Source: Nitrospirales bacterium
GTDB lineage: Bacteria > Nitrospirota > Nitrospiria > Nitrospirales > UBA8639
NCBI GenBank assembly: GCA_963555755.3
Contig: OY820905.2
Span: 2,816,001 to 2,880,000, forward strand
Direction of reading: 5' to 3'
DNA length: 64,000 bases
This document shows, piece by piece, positions 9,992-19,523 of the stretch. Position 1 is the first letter of the stretch. The number at the start of each line of letters is the position of its first letter. The notes below the pieces were generated by a model. It made no database searches and was not told where the DNA came from. It saw only the letters and a program-made list of their open reading frames with translations. Position numbers and translations under genes: made by a program.

Positions 9992-10078
9992 TCTATCTTT
10001 GATTTTTTTATTCCGCTGTGGTACATTCAACAGCCTAAATTCTCCTGTTTTACCCCTTCGAAAAGGCTGACCGGTTTA

Positions 10079-13000
10079 ATGCAATTACAATCGTTGATTA
10101 TCTCGGGGTTTAAGTCCTTCCTCGACGCCAAGATTGATTTCCCCAAAGGGATTACTGCGGTGGTTGGTCCGAACGGTGCAGGGAAAAGCAACGTGGTCGA
10201 TGCCATGTTGTGGGTCTTGGGAGAGCAAAGTACCAAGTCGCTTCGTAGTGAGCGTATGGAAGATGTGATCTTCAATGGGACAGAATCCCGGCAACCTCTG
10301 GGAATGGCTGAAGTGTCCCTCGTGGTCACGGATGTGACGAGTCAAGAATTAGAGTCAGTGGCTGGTGTGTTCGAGGAACTCCCTGGGAATAAAGAATTAA
10401 TGATCACCAGGCGGTTGTATCGTGATGGGGACAGTGAGTATTTCATTAATAAAATTCCCTGCCGTTTGAAGGATATCCGTCTCTTGTTTTTAGAAGCCCG
10501 GGCTGGAACCAAAGGGCATACCGTGATTGAGCAGGGCAACATCGACCAAATTCTTTCCGGGTCCCCACAAGACCGTCGAAGTTTTATCGAGGAGACAGCG
10601 GGTATCGGACGGTTTAAAAAGCAAAAAACCGAAGCCCTGCGGAAACTCAATTCCACGCAGCAAAACCTCGTACGCGTAGGGGATGTGATCGGGGAAGTGC
10701 AAAAGCAACTTCGGACGTTAGAGCGTCAAGCCCGCCAAACCGAGCAATACGGAAAACTGCAAGACGAATGTCGCGGTCTCGAAATTAAAATCTTGAGTTG
10801 GGACTACCATGGACTGGGACGCGAACGTACTGATATTGAGGGCCGTATTGCCACATATGAAGCGCAAGAGGCTGGGCACATGGCTGAAGAAGCCAACGTG
10901 ACGGCGACGCATGAACAACTGAAAGCCGATCAACTTCAGGACGGCCAAGTTGTTGGGACCACGCAAGAAGCGCTTCGCAAGCTTGAATACGAAATGGGGC
11001 AAGCGCTCACCACCCTTGAAGTGGAACGTCATCGCATCCAACTCTACGCGGAACAACAGGCTCAGGGCGCGGAAGAGCAAACTCGGCTTGGCCAGGAATC
11101 AACCAGTACCGTCGGCGCAATAGCCTCATTACACAGTCAATTGACGCAGGCGAGGGAAGAGGCACAACAGGCTGAACACACGCTGACTCGGCTCGATGCT
11201 GAGGAACAAAATCTTGTCGCGAAACGGTCATCGGTTCAAACCCAAGTGGAAGCGCTACGCCAACAAATTTTGAGGCAGACGGTTGAACGGACTCAAACAG
11301 AAACCCGTTTGCAAAATTTAGAAGCTCGACAGGAGGATCGCAGTCTCCACATTCAGGGACTCCAGAAAGACCACGAACAGGGTGAAATCGAGCGTTCGGA
11401 AATAATGGGTAAACTTGCCGGCTTGCGGGAAACGCTGGAGAGTCTGACGCAGCAGGTTCAGTCCACACGGACTCAACGCGAACACGTGTTGGCGCTGCTC
11501 ACTCAACTCGACCAGCAAATTCAAGAAGTCGAGCAGCAACGGGTCGAAGGAAAAACCGAGCGGGCAGGTGCTGAATCCCGTTTGGCTGCCCTCCAGGCCG
11601 TGCTACAGGAAGAATTTGGGTACAAGGGAGGAACGGAGGGCGAGGGTTCGTCAATCCGGCAGGTCTGTCATGGGGTGAGAGAAGCCGTTGGGGAACGGTT
11701 GGAAGTTCCTCAGCATATCGAAAAAGCCATCGAAGCCGCGCTAGGCGAAAACATTCGGGCGTGGGTGGTGGAGGGGGACGGAGATATTATCCAGGCATTG
11801 CAATTCATGAACGATCATGACCTTGGGCGGGGCACCTTCATTCCCACGCAGCCGTTTGACATGGCCGAAGATCAGCCGCCAGCTTGGTGGCCGGAGTTGA
11901 AACAACAGGAAGGGGTTATTGGTCGAGCAACCGAATTGGTACGCCTCCCAGAAGAATTGAAAGCGGTGCTTCATTGTCTTTTGCAACGCGTAGTTGTGGT
12001 TCAAGGCCTTGATCAGGCTTTGGCCTTGGTTCACCAGCGGCGCTGGGGTAACCTCTCTGGTCCCCTCTTTGCCACCCTGACCGGGGAGATTGTTGAGACG
12101 TCCGGGTTGGTGAGCGGAGGTTCCACCGGAGATTCCAGTGGCGTGCTCCAGCGAAGGCGTGAAGTGCGCACCTTGGAGAGTCACCTGACGGATATCGCTC
12201 ACAGCCTTGAGCAGGCAGAACAACGGCACAAGGAAATTCGTCAGCACGATGAATCCGCGAAAGAACAATTGCGGGTCCTTGATGAGTCGTTGAAAGAATC
12301 CGAGCGGAAGGTCCTGATCGCAGAAAATGATATTGGCAATGCCGAGCAGCACGTGTCTGATATCGAGGAACAGGTGCAGTCGCTCACCGAAGAGTTAACC
12401 TCGAGCCAAGAGGAGCTCGTGAGTCTGAAGGAAGAAAGTCAGACCTGCCGGGATCGTCTGGTCCAATTAGGCCATGACCAACACGCCCACGAAACCGACT
12501 TGGCGCAGTTCATGGCCCAACTCCAGGAACTTGAGGCAGAGGCCACCCGATTGTATGAGCAGTTAACTGTGGCCCGGCTTACGATGACGACCCTGCATGA
12601 ACGCCGAGAGCGAACGCAGGCCGATCTGGATCGGATGCAACAGGAAGAAGAAGCTCGACAATCGCGACTACATATTCTGGCTGAGCAAGTTCACATGCTC
12701 GAGTTGAAGGCACAAGACAGTCAAGCGGAACAAGCCCGAGCCGAGGTGCTGTTCAAAGAATTTGAACAACGGAAAGATGAGCTCCAAATCCAATTGCAAG
12801 CGGTTGAAGACCGCCATCATGAAGGGATGCTACGTGTTCGAGAGTTGGAGCAGCGGCTGGCCGACATTCGGAGACAATTCGCGTCCACTCGTGAAAAGCG
12901 GGCAGAGATCGAAGTGCAATTGGCGGAGGTGCGGACGCGGTTGCAAACAGTCATCGATACCTTGACCGGGACCTATGGACAGTCCGTAGAAGAACTGTCA

Positions 13001-13735
13001 AGTCAGTCCCTTGCTCAGGATGATGCCGAGACTTCTGTCGACATGGTCGAGGGTCCGGAGGCATGGCGGGAGCGTGTCCGCATCATCAGAACGCGATTAG
13101 AGCGGATGGGGCCACTCAACTTGGCTGCGATTGACGAGCATCGTGAGCAGGAGGAGCGGTATCAGTTCCTCACGAAACAGGAAACGGATTTATCCGACTC
13201 GATTCAAGCCCTTCAGGAAATTATCGATCGTCTCAGTCAGACCACAAACAAGATGTTTGATGAAACGTTCCAGGCGGTACAGGAAAAATTCGGCGAGGTG
13301 TTTTCCGCGCTGTTTGCCGGGGGGCATGCCGAATTAGTGCTGGCTCAGCCTGAACCGGATGAAGCCACAGAGAACAGCTATGTGGATCCAGGGGTTGATA
13401 TTGTGGCGCAACCTCCGGGAAAACGTCTCAAAAATCTTTCGATGTTATCGGGTGGGGAAAAAGCTTTAACCGTGCTCGCCTTGTTATTCGCCAGCTTTCT
13501 CATCAAACCCTCGCCCTTTTGTATTCTTGATGAGGTGGATGCGCCCCTGGATGAGCCCAACGTCATCCGCTTTGCCCGGTTCCTGACTCAATTAACCAAC
13601 CTGTCCCAATTCCTCATCATCACCCACAATAAACGGACCATGGAGATTGCCGATTCCTTGTTCGGAGTCACCATGGAAGAACCCGGCGTGTCGAAGTTTG
13701 TTTCGGTACGGATCGGCGACCTCCAAAAAGTCTAG
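10079..13735 (+). CDS. smc: Chromosome segregation protein SMC
   Basis: GFKSF, GPNGAGKSN, long coiled coils, hinge GRGTF, LSGGEK, LDEVDAPLD. Confidence 0.97.
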   Translation: MQLQSLIISGFKSFLDAKIDFPKGITAVVGPNGAGKSNVVDAMLWVLGEQSTKSLRSERMEDVIFNGTESRQPLGMAEVSLVVTDVTSQELESVAGVFEELPGNKELMITRRLYRDGDSEYFINKIPCRLKDIRLLFLEARAGTKGHTVIEQGNIDQILSGSPQDRRSFIEETAGIGRFKKQKTEALRKLNSTQQNLVRVGDVIGEVQKQLRTLERQARQTEQYGKLQDECRGLEIKILSWDYHGLGRERTDIEGRIATYEAQEAGHMAEEANVTATHEQLKADQLQDGQVVGTTQEALRKLEYEMGQALTTLEVERHRIQLYAEQQAQGAEEQTRLGQESTSTVGAIASLHSQLTQAREEAQQAEHTLTRLDAEEQNLVAKRSSVQTQVEALRQQILRQTVERTQTETRLQNLEARQEDRSLHIQGLQKDHEQGEIERSEIMGKLAGLRETLESLTQQVQSTRTQREHVLALLTQLDQQIQEVEQQRVEGKTERAGAESRLAALQAVLQEEFGYKGGTEGEGSSIRQVCHGVREAVGERLEVPQHIEKAIEAALGENIRAWVVEGDGDIIQALQFMNDHDLGRGTFIPTQPFDMAEDQPPAWWPELKQQEGVIGRATELVRLPEELKAVLHCLLQRVVVVQGLDQALALVHQRRWGNLSGPLFATLTGEIVETSGLVSGGSTGDSSGVLQRRREVRTLESHLTDIAHSLEQAEQRHKEIRQHDESAKEQLRVLDESLKESERKVLIAENDIGNAEQHVSDIEEQVQSLTEELTSSQEELVSLKEESQTCRDRLVQLGHDQHAHETDLAQFMAQLQELEAEATRLYEQLTVARLTMTTLHERRERTQADLDRMQQEEEARQSRLHILAEQVHMLELKAQDSQAEQARAEVLFKEFEQRKDELQIQLQAVEDRHHEGMLRVRELEQRLADIRRQFASTREKRAEIEVQLAEVRTRLQTVIDTLTGTYGQSVEELSSQSLAQDDAETSVDMVEGPEAWRERVRIIRTRLERMGPLNLAAIDEHREQEERYQFLTKQETDLSDSIQALQEIIDRLSQTTNKMFDETFQAVQEKFGEVFSALFAGGHAELVLAQPEPDEATENSYVDPGVDIVAQPPGKRLKNLSMLSGGEKALTVLALLFASFLIKPSPFCILDEVDAPLDEPNVIRFARFLTQLTNLSQFLIITHNKRTMEIADSLFGVTMEEPGVSKFVSVRIGDLQKV

Positions 13736-13736
13736 C

Positions 13737-13858
13737 GCAGGCTGTTCCAAAAGGCCGCCAGCGGCGTTCTCGGGCCTTTGTCGTGCTCACGTACTGGCGT
13801 ACGCTCCGCGCGCCAAAGGCCCTGCGGCCTTGCTGGACGACCTTTTTGAACAGCCTGC
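13737..13858 (-). repeat. Family A repeat
   Basis: GCAGGCTGTTCCAAAAGG...CCTTTTTGAACAGCCTGC, with CTAG on both sides. Confidence 0.9.
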
Positions 13859-13926
13859 TAGGATGTTCGCTCTAGTAACCCAACAAATGAATTTCTGTTG
13901 ATCAAGGTCAGGCCGGATTTACTAAC

Positions 13927-13966
13927 AAAAAGAGCCCGCTCTCTGGCCGAGAGCGGGCTCTTCTTT
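13927..13966. terminator. Bidirectional terminator between smc and the ferredoxin gene
   Basis: AAAAAGAGCCCGCTCTC-TGGCC-GAGAGCGGGCTCTTCTTT. Confidence 0.8.
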
Positions 13967-13993
13967 CGCTGGCAATCTGAATGTATAATCGAT

Positions 13994-14350
13994 TTAATTT
14001 CGAACGCCGGCCCACACTTTCGCGTCATCGATTTCTTTGTCGGGATTGAGCATTTTGGCCTTTTCAAGTAGAACGTCGGTGGTCTCGGGGATATCAGGGT
14101 CAGAAATACAGCAATCATCAACCGGACAGACCGCCGCACATTGTGGTTCATCAAAGTGTCCTACGCATTCGGTACACCGGTCATAGGTGATCACATACAC
14201 GGTGTCGCCTTCCCCATGTACTCTTTGCCCATCTCCTATTTTGTTATCCTTTTCCTCTGCGGCGCTTATCGTCTCGAAGATTGCCTCGTTGGGGCACTCT
14301 GGCAAGCAGGCTCCACAATTAATACATTCATCAGTTATCAATAACGACAT
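13994..14350 (-). CDS. YfhL-type 2[4Fe-4S] ferredoxin
   Basis: CINCGACLPECP and CTECVGHFDEPQCAAVCP. Confidence 0.92.
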   Translation of the reverse strand: MSLLITDECINCGACLPECPNEAIFETISAAEEKDNKIGDGQRVHGEGDTVYVITYDRCTECVGHFDEPQCAAVCPVDDCCISDPDIPETTDVLLEKAKMLNPDKEIDDAKVWAGVRN

Positions 14351-14579
14351 AATCCCTCCTTCTGCTTATCGAGCCACCTACTGATTTTCTGGAAAAACTA
14401 TCTTACGATTCCATCCTAACAGAAACTTCATTCTATTCTTGGGGGCAGGTCTCGTCAACCGAACAGAAGGCCTAGAGGCCTAAGCCATTTGGACCGTTTG
14501 AGAATGGACAATTTGCCAGGGGAGACCCAAGAGAAGGGAACTGATTGGTTGATTTGCTGCATATGACTTTGCGCGAACC

Positions 14580-15347
14580 CTAAGATTTCCATTCTTGGTA
14601 ATCCCAGTACTTGATAAAATGAGGTTGGCCAGCCACTACTAATGCCCCAGCATATCGAGTTCTTGGATACACGGGATACATAGCCCATGGGCGGCTGTTG
14701 AGCCAAGAATCTTCAATTTTGACAATGCTGGCTGGTTGATCGGGTTGGAACGTCACAGTGATGTTGCGAAAGGGAAATGTTAATCCTGTTCCGTGTGCCT
14801 TCGCAAATGCCTCTTTACGAGTCCAACAGGTTAAGAACGCGGCTTTTTGCTTCCGGGAAGGGAGACTGTAAAGCCACTGTTGTTCTTGGGAGTTTAGGAC
14901 GCGTTTGGCGACCGCTTGATGATCTAGTCGAGGTTGGGGTCCTTCCACATCGATCCCGACCTCTGACTCATGGCTGAAGGCAAACAGAGCGATTTTTTGC
15001 GAGTGACTGACGTTGAAATAGAGTTTCCGTACACCTTCATTTTGGACAAAGGGTTTGCCATGGGAGCCAACATCCAATTCGATTTCATGAGGGGAAAGGT
15101 CAAGATAGTGTCCAAGAAGAAATCGCAACATTCCTCGCGCAGCAATAAAGCGTCTCTGATGGCGAGGGAAGCGCAGCCGGCAAGCCCGCTGTTGTTCATT
15201 ACCATTTAAGATTTCCCGGTAGACTTGTAGGCGTGAGGAGGGAATGTCTACAATCCCGCGCCAGACATGCACTTCCCCTTCGTTAAGAGTTAAAGCGTTG
15301 GGTGGAGCAAGCCATTCTTGTGTGGAGTGAAATGTCGAAGTGCCCAA
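14580..15347 (-). CDS. Sfp-type 4'-phosphopantetheinyl transferase
   Basis: HGKP, FNVSHS, VGIDVE, WTRKEAFAKA. Confidence 0.92.
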   Translation of the reverse strand: MGTSTFHSTQEWLAPPNALTLNEGEVHVWRGIVDIPSSRLQVYREILNGNEQQRACRLRFPRHQRRFIAARGMLRFLLGHYLDLSPHEIELDVGSHGKPFVQNEGVRKLYFNVSHSQKIALFAFSHESEVGIDVEGPQPRLDHQAVAKRVLNSQEQQWLYSLPSRKQKAAFLTCWTRKEAFAKAHGTGLTFPFRNITVTFQPDQPASIVKIEDSWLNSRPWAMYPVYPRTRYAGALVVAGQPHFIKYWDYQEWKS

Positions 15348-15456
15348 GGTGGAGTGATCCTCATTAGGGATGATTGTGCATAGGATCGCAAATCTGTTCT
15401 TTTATTTCCAATATTTGCAATTCCAATCAAAATAAACTTGTCAATGACCTACTTCT

Positions 15457-16365
15457 TTGGATGAATCCATGATTGCTCCACGTGAATCAGCTGCCCATGT
15501 TGCGTTAATCACCGCCGCCGTTGTGTGGGGAGGATCGGTGGTCGCACAAAAAATTGCGTTGGGAGCGTTCTCTGCTGTGGAAGTATCGGTTTTTCGCGGG
15601 CTTGGGGCTTTAGTGATTTTAATTCCCTTATGGTGGTGGCAAGAGCAATCCAAGACAAAATGGGTGCCCCGAGATCTTGGCGTGCTCACCGCTCTGGGAG
15701 TGGCTGTGGTTGGCAATCACCTGTTGATTCTCTACGGACTGCAGTACCTCGATGCGGGCGCCGCAGGGGTCATTATTGGAGCAAGCCCGGCCATTACGGC
15801 GGTGTTGTCGGCGTTGATTCTCAAAGACGTGCCCTTTAGTCGAGTATGGGTTGGGTGTGCGGTTTCGTTTATCGGGGTGGCTTTAGTTTCCGGTGTCAAT
15901 GCTTCTGATGCCTCAGGCGAAAACCCTCTACTTGGAGCAATCCTTATCGTTCTGGCATTAGTCAGTTGGGCGCTTTACACGATTGGCAGTCGTCGGGTGA
16001 TGGAACGCATGTCGCCACTCACTGTAAATTGGACAACCCTGTTCATTTCGATCTTGATCCAAATTCCCCTGCTGTGGACCGATCACAAAGTCTTCGACGC
16101 TGGGATGGCGAGTGTCCCACCTTCAGGGTGGATGGCGCTAGTGTATGTGATCGTATTTGCAACGGCATTGGGGCAACAAGCTTGGTTGTATGGAGTCTCG
16201 GGCATTGGCCCGTCACGGGCCGGAATATTCATCAATTTGATTCCGGTTTCCTCTCTGCTGTTGTCCGTCGCCATTTTGGGTGAATCCTTTAATTTGGTAA
16301 AGGTTCTCGGCATTGCTCTTGTGCTGAGTGGTGTGTGGCTCGTCACGCGTTCCTCAAGTTCGTGA
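15457..16365 (+). CDS. EamA/DMT family transporter
   Basis: About ten TM helices in two repeats, VWGGS, ILGE. Confidence 0.9.
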   Translation: MDESMIAPRESAAHVALITAAVVWGGSVVAQKIALGAFSAVEVSVFRGLGALVILIPLWWWQEQSKTKWVPRDLGVLTALGVAVVGNHLLILYGLQYLDAGAAGVIIGASPAITAVLSALILKDVPFSRVWVGCAVSFIGVALVSGVNASDASGENPLLGAILIVLALVSWALYTIGSRRVMERMSPLTVNWTTLFISILIQIPLLWTDHKVFDAGMASVPPSGWMALVYVIVFATALGQQAWLYGVSGIGPSRAGIFINLIPVSSLLLSVAILGESFNLVKVLGIALVLSGVWLVTRSSSS

Positions 16366-16368
16366 AAC

Positions 16369-16445
16369 AGTCGCTAGTTGCTCGTCGCTAGTGAAAAAAT
16401 GAGCAACGACCAACTGTTGTTTTTTCTTCACGAGCAACTAGCGAC
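16369..16445. repeat. Inverted short-unit repeat hairpin
   Basis: GTCGCTAGTTGCTCGT ... ACGAGCAACTAGCGAC. Confidence 0.6.
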
Positions 16446-16556
16446 AGATCTTCCAAAGGATGTTGGGGTTGCCGAATAGATAGCTTGATGGGATGATGCC
16501 AGAAGACACAATACAGTGTGGATATCAGTAGTCAGGTTGAGAAAGGATAGGGTTTC

Positions 16557-16949
16557 ATGCTGAAAGAGCGAATTGAAGAAGTGACTCGGGCCAATGAGGA
16601 TTTCTATTCGGCCTTTGAAAGTTTAGATATTTCACGGATGGATGCCATTTGGGCTCACCAAGAATATGTCACCTGTATTCATCCCGGTTGGAGTATTCGA
16701 GTGGGGTGGCCACTGGTGCGCGATTCCTGGGTTGTGATTTTCAATAATGTGTTTTCCATGGGATTCTCCCTGACCGAGCTGCAAGTACAAGTTGCCGGGG
16801 ATGTGGCCTGGGTTATTTGTACGGAAAACATCACCAGTCGTCATGGAGATAACACTCAGAATAGTCGAGTGATTGCCACGAACTTATTCGAACGCTTAGA
16901 TGAAGGCTGGAAGATTATCCATCACCATGGGTCACCATTGATGGAGTAA
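16557..16949 (+). CDS. NTF2/SnoaL-like domain protein
   Basis: ANEDFYSAFE, CIHPGW, ATNLFE, WKIIHHHGS. Confidence 0.85.
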   Translation: MLKERIEEVTRANEDFYSAFESLDISRMDAIWAHQEYVTCIHPGWSIRVGWPLVRDSWVVIFNNVFSMGFSLTELQVQVAGDVAWVICTENITSRHGDNTQNSRVIATNLFERLDEGWKIIHHHGSPLME

Positions 16950-16985
16950 GGTGGGCGGTGCATTTCTCATGCATGCCCGTGTCGA

Positions 16986-17198
16986 TTACCCAGCTGCTAA
17001 CGCTTTTCCCCAATCCTGGACAATTGAATCCCGTTCTTCCATGGTCATGGCATTGTATTTCCGAAACATGCTCGTGCTGCCCTTTCTCCGCCGCCATTTT
17101 ACGAAATCCGTAAAGTGGTTTTTGCACAGTTGTCCCGTACCCGATGGCGCATAGGCGCGTTTGGGACACCCCTCTAACATGCATTGTTGTTCACTCAT
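16986..17198 (-). CDS. Small hypothetical protein with possible C/C/C/H zinc motif
   Basis: ATG at 17198 after an AAGGAG RBS; CxxxxC...CxxH; the longer ORF call runs through repeats. Confidence 0.65.
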   Translation of the reverse strand: MSEQQCMLEGCPKRAYAPSGTGQLCKNHFTDFVKWRRRKGSTSMFRKYNAMTMEERDSIVQDWGKALAAG

Positions 17199-17229
17199 CA
17201 CTCGCTCCTTCACAAAGATGGCATTTAAT

Positions 17230-17550
17230 CCTAGAAACCGCAGTTGGATCACAAAAGTCCGCGCAAGCTCTAGGAGCCTGTCCAAATAAAAAAATGTCTC
17301 ATCACCACGGAGGGTTCGCGCAAGAATACCTTCCCCGGTTTGGGTGCTGAGACACCTGTCTGGCAAGGCGCGAGGACTGCGCATACTCCTCGTATGGAAA
17401 GGACGAGCAACGCCGCCAGGCGGGATGGATCGACGCCCAAACCGGGGAAGGTATTCTTGCGCGAACCCTAAGGTGACCACGACTTTTTGTATTTCACCAT
17501 GCACACCAATATCTTACGCGGCTTTTTTGCGCCCACCTTCCGTTTCTAGG
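17230..17550. mobile_element. MITE family C with a family B element inserted in its apical loop
   Basis: CCTAGAAAC...GTTTCTAGG termini; the empty copy is at 40561-40723. Confidence 0.8.
17311..17469 (+). mobile_element. MITE family B
   Basis: Long perfect TIR AGGGTTCGCGCAAGAATACCTTCCCCGGTTTGGG; second copy at 26434. Confidence 0.85.
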
Positions 17551-17728
17551 GTAATCAAAAGCCAGTATGCCCAACCGTATAATGCGTTGGCAAATACGGG
17601 GCTGGGAGTGCAGGTACCACGACCTAGAATCTTCTTCCCAACTTGCATTTCCTTTTGGTGACCCGCTATACGTAGCAGATGAGTATTCATTGTTATGACA
17701 AGCTACGGGTGAGAAAGGAGAGTGGAGC

Positions 17729-18226
17729 GTGTTAACCGCAAAAGACGTGTTTGACCAAATAAGTAGTGCAGCCCTCAAATCAACGGATGAAGATGAGCGA
17801 CCCCTGCAAATTGACTATACAGCGTTAGAGACAAAAATTAATTTGGCAATTGGTGAGCGAAAAATTGCGCATCTCTATATCAATGCCGGCATCCCCCATG
17901 GGTATGAAGATCAAGGGCGTTTTAATGCCTTGGCGGTCACCCAAGGGAATGTAGTGTTTGACATGGTTATTGGAGATGATTATTTCCGGTACGACATATT
18001 TTCTATTAACGACGTGGACAAAACACAAATTCAGTATGGTGTGTGGAAAGACGAAGGCGGAAGAAGTGAGAGTGGTGATCTCCTGAAAGCACAAGAGAAA
18101 CCATTTGTATCTCTCACGCTCATGCATGGAGAAGAATCCCATCTTCTTGTGGCATTAGATGATCCGCAACGAGAAAGTGCCTTGTTAGCGTTAGTCAGTG
18201 CCATAACCGCTTCTCGTCACCCATAA
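17729..18226 (+). CDS. Hypothetical protein
   Basis: 165 aa ORF with GTG start after AAAGGAG. Confidence 0.65.
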   Translation: MLTAKDVFDQISSAALKSTDEDERPLQIDYTALETKINLAIGERKIAHLYINAGIPHGYEDQGRFNALAVTQGNVVFDMVIGDDYFRYDIFSINDVDKTQIQYGVWKDEGGRSESGDLLKAQEKPFVSLTLMHGEESHLLVALDDPQRESALLALVSAITASRHP

Positions 18227-18254
18227 TAATTCAGGGTAGTCCAAGGAAATCCCA

Positions 18255-18298
18255 AAAAAGTGAAGGCCCATCAGGTTGCCCCGATGAGCCTTCACTTA
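18255..18298 (-). terminator. Intrinsic terminator
   Basis: Minus strand AGTGAAGGCTCATCGGGGCAACCTGATGGGCCTTCACTTTTTT. Confidence 0.75.
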
Positions 18299-18446
18299 GG
18301 AGGATGGGCCATATGTTCAGGATCCTCCGGCCCTCCTAACCAGCCAATACGTCATTGACGTATTGGTCCATTGATCTGATTCATTCCCGACTCCACTTCA
18401 GCCGTTTTTTCATGGCAGGTTTTTATCGCAGAATTATTTGGGATAA

Positions 18447-19523
18447 TATGCCTTCCCATTTGACTAAGGTTAGTCCCTAGACTAGTCTGCTGGACTATGG
18501 ACACAGGGTATGCTGCTGATATCTTGGATTTTTCTGTTAGGTTCCACACCGAAGAAGCGTGCTTCGAGTACTTGCGGGCGATTCGGTGGCCAGACGGGTT
18601 TATGTGTCCAGCTTGCGGTCATCGCGGTGGTTGGTGGCTCAAAAAATATTTCCGGTTTGAGTGTTCGTCGTGTCATAGACAGACATCACCGCTAAGCGGC
18701 ACAGTGATGCATAGATCGCACTTGCCGCTACGGCTTTGGTTTTGGGCTGCGGCACAGTGATGCATAGATCGCACTTGCCGCTACGGCTTTGGTTTTGGGC
18801 TGCCTATTTCGTCTCCACGCACACACCTGGCATCAGTGCTGTGCAATTGCAGCGTCAACTCAGTATCAAGAAGGTGGATAAGAAGGTGGATAGCGCCTGG
18901 TATTTGCTCCACAGATTGCGACGAGGAATGGTACGACAGAACCGTGAACGGCTCGCAGGAACAGTTGAAGCCGATGAAACCCATATCGGTGGACCGGTAA
19001 AAGGCAAAACGGGCCGTGGCGTCGCGAAAGCGAAAACCAAGACGTTAATAGCCGGAGCCGTAGAAATTGTCACGTACACACAAGGGGATCACTTTCGAGA
19101 GAAAGCAGGGCGTTTACGATTAGCGATTCTTCAAGACGCTGGAGAGAACGAGATCAAAGCATTCCTCAATAGCCATGTCGCTGAGGGCAGTAAGATCAAG
19201 TCCGATGGTTGGAAGGGATACTCGGCAAAAGCCTTGGCAGGATACGAACACCTGAGACGGACCCAGGGTGACCCAGCAAGTGCTGGGAAGCACGCTCCAC
19301 ACATCCATAGAGCGTTCGGCAATCTGCAGACCTGGCTGAACGGGATTCACCATGGAGTGGATTCAAAATACCTGCAACACTATCTTGATGAGTTTGTCTT
19401 TCGCTATAACCGCCGTGAGACTCCAATGAGTACCTTCCAGAGTTTGTTGAAAATCCTGACCAGCAGCTCAAAACCCTTGGGATTCAATAAACTGAAGCAA
19501 CCTTAGTTAAATGGGAAGGCATA
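18447..19523 (+). mobile_element. IS1595-family insertion sequence
   Basis: TIRs TATGCCTTCCCATTT(G/A)ACTAAGG; 8 bp TSD TGGGATAA at 18439-18446 and 19524-19531. Confidence 0.92.
18497..19506 (+). pseudogene. IS1595 (ISXO2-like) transposase, frameshifted
   Basis: Zn ribbon (RWPDGFMCPACG), VEADETHIGG, SDGW, YLDEFVFRYNRR; split by a 53 bp tandem duplication at 18696-18801. Confidence 0.9.

Noticed and set aside
18255..18410. 6S RNA call next to ygfZ
   Set aside because: I could not fold it into the long rod with a central bubble, so it is kept only as an unassigned structured region.
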